Source of the DNA: Perna viridis
Lineage: Eukaryota
NCBI GenBank assembly: GCA_037379345.1
Contig: CM074513.1
Location: 6,448,001-6,512,000 of the forward strand
Direction: 5' to 3'
Length of the DNA: 64,000 nucleotides
Position numbers and translations under genes: made by a program. Below the pieces are notes generated by a model. It was not told the origin of the DNA, ran no database searches, and saw only the letters and a program-made list of their open reading frames with translations. Positions 52,958 through 64,000 of the stretch are shown piece by piece. Numbering within the stretch: the stretch's first letter is position 1; each line of letters opens with the position of its first letter.

Positions 52958-54677
52958 TTAAGCCACTTTTTCAACACTAAACAAGAATACTTTCTTGTTA
53001 AACGTATTAGCCACTAAGAGCTTGTTCCGTTTTTTTGTCAAAACACAGGGCTCGCGGTTTATCAATGCCGTTTTCTTTCGTAAGGAGTTCCCTACACCTT
53101 TTTCCATCAGCGGAAATAGCCACAATGTTATCTGTCTGGATCCCTGCTACATACACGTTTCCATGGATGTCAACGCCAGTTCCACTAGGGTTCTGAAGTA
53201 TATTATCTCTGAAGACCCATTTAACGTTGCCATGAAAATCACAACAAGTGACTGTGCCAGTATTGTCCGGGTTCGAAAAGTATAATGTTTTCTCATTTGA
53301 AGCTACATAGCAGCTATTGCCTAGAGATACATCACTGATTATACTATTTTCTGATCCACTTCCTAATTCAACTTTCAGTACTCCTTTACTTGAGCAGCAA
53401 ATTGCCGTATCATCTTGAACGACTATCCCACCTAGGCTCACTGGGTGTAAAATTTTGTTGATAAGAAGTCAAAACATCGTTTTTCAACCCCGTTGTCCGC
53501 GGCAATGACAGTTAGCCCCGGTATACCTTGGATGTTGCGTAACACGATAATTGTGTTGTCCATTTTATAGTACGTTATATCGTATAAAAAACAGGTGTTT
53601 CTCTGTGTCAACTTGACATTCAATATTCATCAATATTAGACTGCTACTTGGTTGCGAGTTACAACAAATTCCAATTCTATTGTCTGAGATACTGGTGCAA
53701 CCATAAATCATAGTCCTTGCTATGTCAATGGTCTTTTCCAGGGAAACATTTATACTTTCGAAAGACCTATAACATGCAAACGGAGTAACCAAAATTTGGG
53801 CTGGTAAAACCGACTTAAAGGAAATTTCCACTGGCTCTTTCTTTAGAACTATCTTGCCAAGACTGGTTATGTTTTTGGTGAAATCGTTTGAAGTTGGTCC
53901 AAGATTTACAGAAATAGTAATTCGATCCGAAACATTCTGCTGTTTTAACGATCCGAGAAATTTTGTTTTCGCCGCAACCCTATCTTCCATCTTTTTGACA
54001 CATACGAAAGCTTTGGATGCATGATTTTTAAATTTGGCTAAGTTTTCCTGTTCTTCGACAATTTCCTTCATATTGGATTCCAAAGAGGGAACATGCTTTC
54101 TTATTTCGTTAATAGATTTTTGTTCGGTTTCGATTAGCGCATTCACAAGCTTTCCATGTATTTTGTCTAAATGGCTTTGAATATTTCTTTTCAAACTTCC
54201 TATTTCCTTTTCAATTATTTTTGTTTTCTTTTTTTATTTCACCGATGTTTCTTCTTTTTTTTCTGAAAGAATTTTTTCTATCGTTGAAGCAGCATATTTC
54301 AGACTTCTCTCTACTTCCTGAAATAACGAAGATGACTATACATTTTGTATTACGTCATCAATGTCTGCTAGTTCGTCGCATTTTTTGTGATCCTGGATCA
54401 TACACTTTTTGCAACATGGACAATCGTGTATGCGACAAAACATTATAGAACTTTCTTCATGTTTTACATGAGTGCCCATTGTTTGCAACATCTGTAGGTA
54501 AATATTGATAATTTTCTTTAGTTATCGTATCATGTTTTTTGGAAGCATTTGAAAGGTATGGTGTTCTTGACAGTCCTCGCAGAGGCCTTCAGTACACTTG
54601 TAACACCAGATTTTGGCAGGTTTAGAGATTTTGCGATGGTCACATATGCCACAAAAAGGTAGGCCATTAGATTCCAT
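52958..54677 (-). pseudogene. RING-less TRIM-like gene (B-box1, B-box2, coiled coil, NHL-like beta-propeller), single coding exon, disrupted
   Basis: MESNGLPFCGICDHRKISKPAKIWCYKCTEGLCEDCQEHH; KHEE..FCRIHDCPCCKKCMIQDHKKC; coiled coil in ORF 53565-54194; NPSGTGVDIHGNVYVAG...KPRALCFD. About 6 frameshifts and an in-frame TAG at 54336-54338. Confidence 0.9.
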
Positions 54678-54681
54678 AGTC

Positions 54682-54700
54682 CTGAATAATAGAATGTATT
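54682..54700 (-). promoter_or_regulatory. Putative splice acceptor 4 nt upstream of the TRIM-like ATG
   Basis: Minus strand reads CATTCTATTATTCAG|GACTATG. Confidence 0.5.
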
Positions 54701-54893
54701 ATCGGTTCAAATTAGTACAGGTAAAATGCAATCTAATTAACATCAGATATATCAATTGTTCCATTCAGTCACTGCATGTAGGATCTATCAACGCTCCATT
54801 AAACTTTCTGTTCAGATGACATTTCTCTGATCAGCCTCTCAGAATGTATCTCTCATAACTTTGACAGCATTATTCAAAGGGAAATCCTCAAGG

Positions 54894-55073
54894 CTGTGGC
54901 GGATCCATTGGAGGGTGTAGGGGGTTGGCACCCCTCCTTTTTATTGGAAAATTTGTCATTTTCATGTGTAAAATTTACAAAAAGTGGCAAATAATGTCCT
55001 AGCACCCCTCCCCCTTTTTCTGAGGAACCTCGACTGGCACTCCTTGTTTTCAAAGTGTCTGGATCCGCCACTG
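54894..55073 (+). mobile_element. CAGTGGCGGATCC-type MITE
   Basis: CTGTGGCGGATCC...GGATCCGCCACTG; interior matches 34038-34212. Confidence 0.85.
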
Positions 55074-55205
55074 CAAGAATTCTGAAAAGGTCATATGAAC
55101 ATATATCACTACTAAGTTGTATAAGTCTGAATATGGTACATTTTGTTCTAACTTGTGCTAACTCTGCCTTAAATTTTCTAAATATGTCTGAAAAATACTT
55201 GGATT

Positions 55206-55410
55206 GTCTCGACTGAGTCTCACCATATCCAATCAAGTCTCAAAAAGTCTTGACTGTGTCTCCACTTGTCTTATCTTGTCTTGACCAGTCTCGACCAAGT
55301 TTTCACAAGTCTCAACCTGTCTCGAAGAGTGTGGAACACTCTTACCAGTCTTGAATAGTCTTAAAGAAATCTTGACCAGTCTCAAATGAATCTCAAACTG
55401 TCTCGATAAC
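55206..55410. repeat. Degenerate 10-bp tandem repeat (AGTCTYGACC-like)
   Basis: GTCTC/GTCTT recurs about every 10 bp. Confidence 0.8.
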
Positions 55411-55529
55411 ATATATTTAACAATTTAGGACTGACAACAGCCATAATTTAAGAGTTCAAAGATAAAACCAGTGTATCCCTTCTATGCATGAATTGCCTTT
55501 TGCATACTTTTTATGGAGATTGTTACTTA

Positions 55530-57077
55530 ATTTATTTAAACATATTTTATTGTCAAAGACAATTGGATTAGACACAAATTGTACAACTTATCAATACCTT
55601 CTCCTAATATATACATTTGAATAATACATACTTAGGACATTTACAATAAATAGTATTATTTACGAAGTTACTATAGAGACAAACAAATATGTAGTGACCC
55701 ATAAACATAGATGCATGCACTGGGGATTAAACATGAATAATTTAGACAGAGATGTCGAAAAATATTTACTGAAATTGAATATATTATGTTTAAATAAGTT
55801 ATAAGTTGAATTTTTCAAGACACACATGCATCAATGTTGCAGTGGAACATGATAAAAATAAACACAAGTAGTTTTCACGATATACGCTACGAGCTGAATG
55901 TAACGACATTATATTACTCACATGAAAACCGCCTAGTAGCTTCAATGAACGTTTGAACATAACTGAAAATCAATGAGTTAAACTTGTAATTCAAATTATC
56001 ATCTCCAAAAAGCAGTGTTGATAACGAAAATTTGTTCCTAGACCAGTCAAATTTTGAAAAAGCATGATTCGTTGCACAGTAAAATTTCGACAGACGTGAA
56101 AAACATGTTCTGCGTCTTCTGTCAAAGCTCCACAAGAACAGCTTTTATCAAAAATAATATGTGCTCTAAATAAGTCGTTTTTCAAAGCACTACACTTATT
56201 TCTAATTCGTGCATGAGTCAAATTCATGAATCGTTTACCAATGAGGTCAAACGGTGGTGGCCTATTAATAGCATTGTTGTTACGATATTTTAATTTTAAA
56301 TGTAATTTAAATATATCAGAAGAAGGTGATTCTCGTAAGGAGATATCCAAATTGTTCCATAGGCTCAATGTAGCTGGCAAAAATGACTGTTGATACAATG
56401 AAAGTCTAGATGGAGGGACGCTATAATTTCGGTTATTGCGTAAGTTATACACTGATATCTCAATCAATTTTATTCAAATCTCCAAGTACAATAACATTCG
56501 TGCACTCGTCAAGAGCTGTCTGAATTGACTGATCAAATAGGCACCAAAAGTTTGGATCAGAGTGTCTTTCTGATCTATATACTATATTTATTAGAGTGAC
56601 CATTCGTTTAGTTTTCAACTCAAACCACATCGATTCTAAATTAGGAAGTTCGAAGTCAACACGCCGTTGAAAGTCTAAGTGATTTTTAAAATATACAAGA
56701 CCACCACCCGCATAATTCCTATCTTTTCTAATCGGATTATCAAATCTGGGAATAAGAATGTTATCTGAACTGACGGAAATATCTAAGTGTGATTCAGTAA
56801 AGAAAACTATGTCATGCTCATCAACAAAATGAACAATATTGGTTATTTTATTACGCAAACTCCTAATGTTATGATGAAAAATAGATATGGAGTTATTATT
56901 CAAAGACTCATTACTGTTAAGACTATGACTGAGGGGACCAGGATTTTCATGTCTATCACCTGACAATAATATAAAAAATATAAGCATGAGCACATAATAG
57001 ATATTCACATGATACATAGAAGTTATGCTGATAATGTTCTTAGTATGTAACCATAATCGCATAACTAAATTATACAA
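55530..57077 (-). mobile_element. Internally deleted CR1/L2-group LINE: 2A-like motif, partial APE endonuclease, ORF2 C-terminus and 3' UTR
   Basis: LLSGDRHENPGP; HHNIRSL, FFTESHL, RKDR..GGG, YRS, VLGDLN; then directly YNLRN..SFLPATLSLWNNL..CSCG..EDAEHVFHVC. The 3' end AATAAAATATGTTTAAATAAA is at ~55530. 5' boundary uncertain. Confidence 0.88.
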
Positions 57078-57635
57078 TAAGTTATATATTGAAAAATTAA
57101 AATAGCGAAAACAATTTCTACATAATGCACGAGTTACTTAATTATTCAGGTTATAGGAAAGAACATTCAAAGTGATACTATGATAAGGAAAACATCAAAG
57201 TTTGGATGGAAGAATTTGAAAAGAAAGTCAAATAAAAATAGTTAATTGAAAAATTTGATGTTTCACCTCTGCCTGTGAAATAAAAAAAATATATTAAATA
57301 CAATTTACTCTGCACGTGGCATTTATTACGATCCTCGAAATTACAATACCTACATGTACTACTTGAATCACATAAGCGATAAACATGGTACCGTATAAAA
57401 TGATAATGTTGTATCATTATTATACAGATTTATGTTGATATATGATGTTCGTGTGATAGATTAATTACATAAAAATAATAGAATTCTTCTTTTCTCTTCT
57501 TTTATTTGTTTTTTTTTTTATGTTGTGTGCGGTTTTTTTATGAAATAAAAATAATAGTTTATAAAAGGATGTATATAGAGAAGAAAATGGGTTAAAATCA
57601 TGCCTGTCAATAATAGTATTATCTTTTTAAATTTT

Positions 57636-58152
57636 GCCCCGTGCAGGTCCGGGTGTCAAAAGAATATGCCTGCAGCAGCGCTAAGCTTGTCGTGAAGGCG
57701 ACTAAATAGTGCTCAGAAACCTAGCCGGGAGCTAGGCGCTCTGCCCACAGAGCAACTGGGATGTGTGCCCCAGGTGGTGGAATGGGGTACCCCTGGCGTG
57801 TTACATGCTGGGATTGTCAGGCTATAATACGGAAAACCTGACCGCAAACCATAGTGGTGCACGGTGTTGGGAAAGATGCCACATTCATCGCACGTTAAAA
57901 AACCCTACTGTGGTATTCTCCCGGAGTAGGAACCATAGGGCTCCGCCACAGGAGGCTAAATTGCCCGACCCTACCCACCTCTCCCTATTTCCAGTGGCAA
58001 TCAAAATCTGTCGACCCCATTGTCCTTGTGTCCCATCCCTTTTTCATTTCATCATCATTTCATGTTCATTTTATCACCCACTTCATGTTCATCGCCTGAA
58101 TATAGCTGAAATATTGCTGTTCGGGCGTTAAACCCCAACAAACAAACAAACA
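57636..58152 (+). mobile_element. Full-length SINE-like element with RTE-type head, second copy
   Basis: 13-bp TSD ATCTTTTTAAATT at 57621-57633 and 58153-58165; same 5' start GCCCCGTG and (CAAA)n tail as the 32229-32749 copy. Confidence 0.92.
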
Positions 58153-60056
58153 ATCTTTTTAAATTAATTTGCAATTAATTTTCTATATCTTAAGTACATC
58201 TATGTATAGTCGGAAGAGAAACCAAAATATGTTTTAAGCATTTTAAAAATAATTGAAGATATACGAGATGCGAGATGCACCCCCTATATAGCACAAGGAA
58301 GGAAGATTGTGTGGACTGACTGACGGAAGTACGGACACCCTACATCTTGACATATTCTTACTTTGCAAGTTTAGGTATAACAATATCCAAAAGCCTGACC
58401 ATTTAATGATATGGTTTAACGTCTTTCGGCAGAAAGGACGAGAACGACTTTACCAATCGAACAGACCCTCCTCTAAACTAGTCGTACAGCCAAATAAAGA
58501 AGTTCACACTCTCGCTTGCACCGAAAACAATGTGTTTGGCTATCATTTTTGTTAAGACGTAACTTGTATAAAAATTGCGAGATATGTATTCAAAATCTGT
58601 AGCGGATGTTCCGCGTTTATGTTGTAGATGCATAATTTCGCATGATAACGCAAACAAATATAATGATAAACAGTTTAGTTGACGCTAATAAGCCTCTGTG
58701 GTTACATGTACATGTTTGACATAATATACAAAAGGTTTATGAACTATCTCACTTTTTATCCAGTAAAAAGCAGACAAATGGCATGCAGCAAATTTGTATC
58801 AGTTTCATGTTTAACAATATGCATTTAATAAGAACATGCAATTATTGACTCCTTTTAATTTGGCTATGCATTATAAAATCGAATGTTTGAATTTGTTGAC
58901 AACAAACACAATCATCATAATCATCTGAGATGTAAGCAGGTTGTGTCTATGGTTTATAAGCTATTCTTTTTTTTTAGACGGCAGTTTCGGTGTAATACTT
59001 AGATCGATTTTATTTTAAACGAACATGTGTCTATTGGTTTCAGAGAGGAGCCAGTAACGCGGGGGTATAGAGGTGAAAGATTTGTATAGTTATTGACCTG
59101 TATCAAATTAAAAAGGACTTCGTGTATGTACATGTACCTGTATGATGAATTGTCAATGTGTACATTTGTATTACTGTTTTTCTATATAGTAATCTTTATA
59201 ATATACACGTATGTTTTATCGCTAGATTTAGGGCGAACCTTTCTTGGGTTAGTCCCAATGTTATAAAAACCTTAATCACGGACTGTATTATTCCCTAATT
59301 AATTAAGTTTTCAGAATTTAACATAAATTACATGTATTCAGGCACATGGTAATTAGCTGACAGTTGATAAGTGACACGCGTGTATATTGCGTCTTTAGTG
59401 ACATTACACAGTTACTGAGTGGAATTATTTAATATGTAATATACTAGTGGTATAGTTGTACATGTATATATAGTTCATTTTTGGTATCAAAGTAATGTTA
59501 TAAAATCTAGTACTGACTAAGTAAACCGAAGACGAGAAATATGAATAAAATTTAAACCTTATAAACATGTAGTTACACTTGTAACAATGAATTAAAAAAA
59601 AAAATGATAAAATTCCGATCTGAATGGAGATTTAAGGTTCTTCCCTTACTCCACTTTTACATGTATAAACATGTATAAAATTTACGTGAATATTTATATT
59701 TAAAGATTAGACAGCTCAACTATAAACATACAAATTACCTTAACCATTAATTATTTTCATTGTGTGATGTTTGGTACGGAGGCTCATTTCCTTTACATCA
59801 CATGTGCCATGGCGGCCGAGTATATGCAAAGCTCGTGGCTGTTATGTCAAGTTACTCACAATTCTAGGGTTCAAAATAAAGAGAATTGTCACTAATCTAC
59901 AGTTTATTACGACTATACATAAAATACATGTTATGTACAGGATGAAAAGTTATTTTGACATCAGTAAATTACGAAAACTCACATATACGGTGCACTCAAT
60001 CAAGTTATCATCTAAAAGTTCTCAAATTCCTTAATACGGATGGGATCCATATGGTA

Positions 60057-60752
60057 CAGGGGAACAACACAACAGACATCAACAATCGAGGAATTCTCCA
60101 TATAGCGATAACTTCCTGTTAAGGCAAGTTACACTATCGTCAACACATACAATCTACGGCCTCGGACCACCGTCCGGCACTTCGGACCATTGTCCGGAAC
60201 ACGATAACTTCCTGTTAAGGCAAGTTATGCTAACGTCAATAATTCACAATAAACTCGGACCATTGTCCGGAACCTCGGAACACATTGTCCGGAATACAAA
60301 TACTTCCTGTTAAGGCAAGTATACGTCAAAACCTCAAACATCAACAACAACGAGTTAACTTCCAGTTACAACTCTCAAAAATAATATTCCTCTTGCATCA
60401 CCTGCCTCGAAAAACACATCCCTTAACCACATAAAAATGAATTCCAATCTTACATTCATTCTGCAACCGTATATTCCTAAACATCAAATCTCCAATCTTC
60501 CCTTCATTCCTTTTCTTCTCTTCTTCCTTTTTGGCCACCATTTTATTTCACTACTAAATTTCAATCTCCAATCTTTTTTTTTAAACTGAAAATCAACGCC
60601 CTTAAATACTTTTCAACACCAATTTTACACCAACTATGCACCAACTATTTTAATTATCATAACTTCCATTACTGACCTAAATTAAGCACCAATTTAACAA
60701 CAACTTAGCACCACTACTTAAAACAACATCCTAAATGGGTAACATGATACTG
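60057..60752. mobile_element. Unclassified TA-flanked unit with CAG..CTG ends, ~96-bp subterminal repeats and a 47-aa ORF
   Basis: TA|CAGGGGAACAACAC ... AACATGATACTG|TA; ACTTCCTGTTAAGGCAAGT at 60111, 60207 and 60302; strong C-over-G strand skew. Boundaries are inferred. Confidence 0.45.
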
Positions 60753-61531
60753 TATTTCATCACATTTCCTATAGTAAACCACTTTAAATCATAGTAAAGA
60801 TAAACTTCTGGATATAAGACACTAACGGTACAATGACTAAACCAAAATATGCTTATCTAGACATGCAGCTAATTATCATGAAAACATACACATCTACACA
60901 TGTATCGTGCATGTATAATTCACACGCACAATTAATTTGCGCGCTGGGGTTTGAAATATGCAGCAGGTAGATCACACACTGAGTAATACCATTTATAATC
61001 GAACCACTATCTGATTCGATAAGTTACATGGGCTCTGTATACATGTGTATAAATAATTTGTATTTATATCGAGTGAAAAATAAAGCGGAATTAGCGAGAA
61101 AACAACAATGCAATTTTTAGAGATGCCTCATTGGAATAAATATAAAAATAGAACTTCATGTATTTCAGTGATAAACTCAACTCAACGGTGCAACCAAAAT
61201 TGAGATCATTAATTAAAAATGTTTACATGTAATATTAGACTAGAAGCTTGATACTAGTATTTCTGTATTAAAAATTAATTCTTTAAAAAATGATGGTTTA
61301 TGTTGATTGTGCCACAACCCTGTTGTCGGCTATTTATTTTAGTTAATCGAATTCCCTAGGATGAATCCACGATGATATATATACTTATAACTTAATTTTT
61401 CGTTTGGACTGATTTGCAAATACATTATGTATCGGACTTCATTTGTAGTTAATTCAAGGGACGATTTTCCCTGAATTAAACATAGCGTGGGCAGCTTCTT
61501 TTATCTTTTCGCGGTTCTAGGATCTGTTGAC

Positions 61532-62149
61532 TATGGGAACGCATATGGTACACCCCTTGTAAGGATACTTTGTGGCAAATAAGTCAGAATGGTAAGTTGT
61601 ATTGTGTGTTATAAGCTGGAATCGAATCACTATGTAAATGTAAAAGATAACATGTCGGAATGATGTAGAAAAAAATGAATTCCAATGTCGACTTGCTAAT
61701 ATTAATGTAATGACATGTTAGTAAGATGTCGACATGTTGAATTCAACTTGTTTATTTATTATGTCAACTTGTATATATATGATGATAAATTGTCATGTTG
61801 AAATCAATATGTCGGAATGATAAAGCAAAAATTGAATTTACAATGTCTACTTGCTTTATTATTCCGACATGTTGATTTCAACATGATATATCACAAGATG
61901 AACAATTTGACGTTATATGTTGACATCATCAATAAACAAGTTGAATTCAACATGTCGACATCTTACTAATTTGTCATTACATTAATATTAGCAAGTCGAT
62001 ATTGTAATTCATTTTTTTCTACATCATTCCGACATGTTATCTTCCACATGATAATTAGGTTCCAGCTTATAACGCACAACAGAACTTATTATTCTGACGT
62101 ATTTGCCACAAAGTATCCTTACAAGGGGTGTACCATATGCGTTTCCATA
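61532..62149. mobile_element. Foldback/MITE with ~230-bp TIRs and a 6-bp TSD (GTTGAC)
   Basis: GTTGAC|TATGGGAACGCATATGGTACACCCCTTGTAAGGATACTTTGTGGCAAATA ... reverse complement ... CCATA|GTTGAC; internal ATGTCRACWTG subrepeats. Confidence 0.92.
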
Positions 62150-64000
62150 GTTGACACAGGTGTGGGCTTGCAATTAACAGACATGTATACACGTAGGACT
62201 TCATATGGTGCAACATGATTATCTAATTATGAAACAAGTTGCATTTTTTTTTAAATCAGGAAAACAATAAGTTTTGATCTACCACAGTGGTTTAATATAA
62301 ATGTTGCATAACAAGAACAATAAACATTTTACAAGATTTTTTCAATATGTTTTTGGGAGAAAAAAATGTCATGCAAAATCTCTTATATAACTTATATAAC
62401 TTAGTAGTGTATTAAGCAGAAAGGAGTTAAATTCTACATGCAGTGACTGAAAGCAACAATTAATACATGTATGTCTAATTTAAATGAGATTTGGTAAAAG
62501 GAAAATCACAATATTTCATGTAACATAAACTCTAAAGAAAAAATACTAAAATGGCCACCGGAAAAATAAAAATCAAATAAAATTATGATTATATTACTTT
62601 TTCGACAGTCCAGCAGAACTGATATTAAAAAAAAACACTCCAGTGATTTCTGCCGAAATGATTCCTCTATCTAATGTTTCATTTTAAATTTAATTGAAAT
62701 AAAGATTAAAAGGTAAGTCACAGCATTTGAAAACTTTAAAATATCAGTCCTTCTGTGATTCTCCAATTTTCAAATAAATATAGTAACTTGTCCCCTTCAC
62801 CGAAAGTTTGGCCTCGTATTTCCACAAACTTAAGGAGTTTACCTACTTTCTTACTATTCAGTAAATCCCATTCACCGCTGAAAATACGAAAATAATACAA
62901 ATCAAGAAAATACGAGACATGACAAGACATAAGTAAACAAATGGAACACATATATCACAATGGAGAAAATATCAAAAAGTCGAAATAAAAAAAAAAAAAA
63001 GAAAAAACAGTCAAGATGAAAAATTTTGATGTTTTAACTTCAAACTCGATTGATTTTTAACCATTTTTGACAAGATGACTGTACACGAATGTTATCAGTT
63101 TATCAATATTTACATATGATTACACATCTTAAAATGATTGGAAGACACTATATAGTTCTTCAGAAGTTTAAAGAATATTAGATAAACAAAATGATTTATT
63201 CCAAAACTCGGATTTATTTCATGCACAATTGTTTCAGAGCTATAAAGTATATGAAATATATAACCAGTCTAGCATTCTCTTTTTAAATCAGGTTTTTAAA
63301 TTATCGAAATATTACATCAAAACTGAGAGCTAATATTTTCACGGCAAAAACTTACTTTTTTTTTCGTTTGTCTACGAAAGCGTATATTAAGGGAAATACT
63401 GTTTTTAAATTGAAATCCTACTTGAAATTTCGAGATACGCTAAGTCAAAATTTGAAAAATTTACCTGAATATCCTGAAAATTCAACTTCCGTGTTCACTT
63501 AGTTTCGAGGATTTTATGAGTCAAAATTTTTAGTAGTCCAAGTCAAAAACTAGAACTAGAGATTTTAGAATTGAATACACAATAGTCCCATGCCCAGTGA
63601 TAATCAAATGTTTACAGTCAGACATCTCCAAGGAGTTGCTCCACAAATTTGAATTTTTAGTTGAAAGCGGAAGTGATATGTTCTCAAATATTGTTTTTGA
63701 TACTTTAGAAAACTTGATAAAAACTCAGAAACAGTACAATTGAAATAGAAAAGTCTAAGCACGTTTATGATATAATCGAACAATCCTGTCCTAAGTTAAG
63801 TTATCATACGGAAAAGGCGGAATACATACGTAAACTAGGTACTGCAATACCTTACAGATGCAATGACAATATAAAAAGTATAGGAAGCGTTTCAAGTCAA
63901 TATCACAATAACGTAATGTTTATGATGAATTCGTCTGACGACATGAAATTTAAGACGGATAAGGAATTATGGCCATCGTCACTATACATGAGTTAAAATG

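Noticed and set aside
54874-55236. 120-aa minus-strand ORF
   Set aside because: Spans a MITE and a 10-bp tandem repeat, with no coding signature.
57763-58131. 122-aa ORF and the related 32262-32519 ORF
   Set aside because: They lie inside the SINE, and the upstream frame is not preserved between the two copies.

Overview
AT-rich, repeat-dense eukaryotic (animal) DNA with one 132-N assembly gap. The repeat types and the gene family suggest a bivalve mollusc, probably a mussel (inference). Most ORFs in the six-frame track are spurious or repeat-derived, and there is no intact long protein-coding gene. Supported content: (1) a frameshifted RING-less B-box/coiled-coil/NHL (TRIM-like) pseudogene on the minus strand at 52.96-54.68 kb. 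(2) An internally deleted CR1/L2-type LINE with a 2A-like motif, half an APE endonuclease and the ORF2 C-terminus, but no RT. (3) A Penelope-like RT fragment plus about 10 dispersed copies of its structured 3' end. (4) Two full-length, TSD-flanked ~520-bp SINE-like elements with an RTE-type structured head and no tRNA head. (5) Several MITE families (TTAA-flanked, TA-flanked, CAGGGGCGGATCC-type, and a 6-bp-TSD foldback) and many minisatellites. (6) A candidate small two-exon gene. The most unusual observations are a roughly 10-fold excess of TACATGTA matching Tc1/mariner excision footprints, a 696-bp unclassified TA-flanked unit with palindromic iterons and a mini-ORF, and the predicted RNA structures in the retro-elements. 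All alignments and counts were done by eye.
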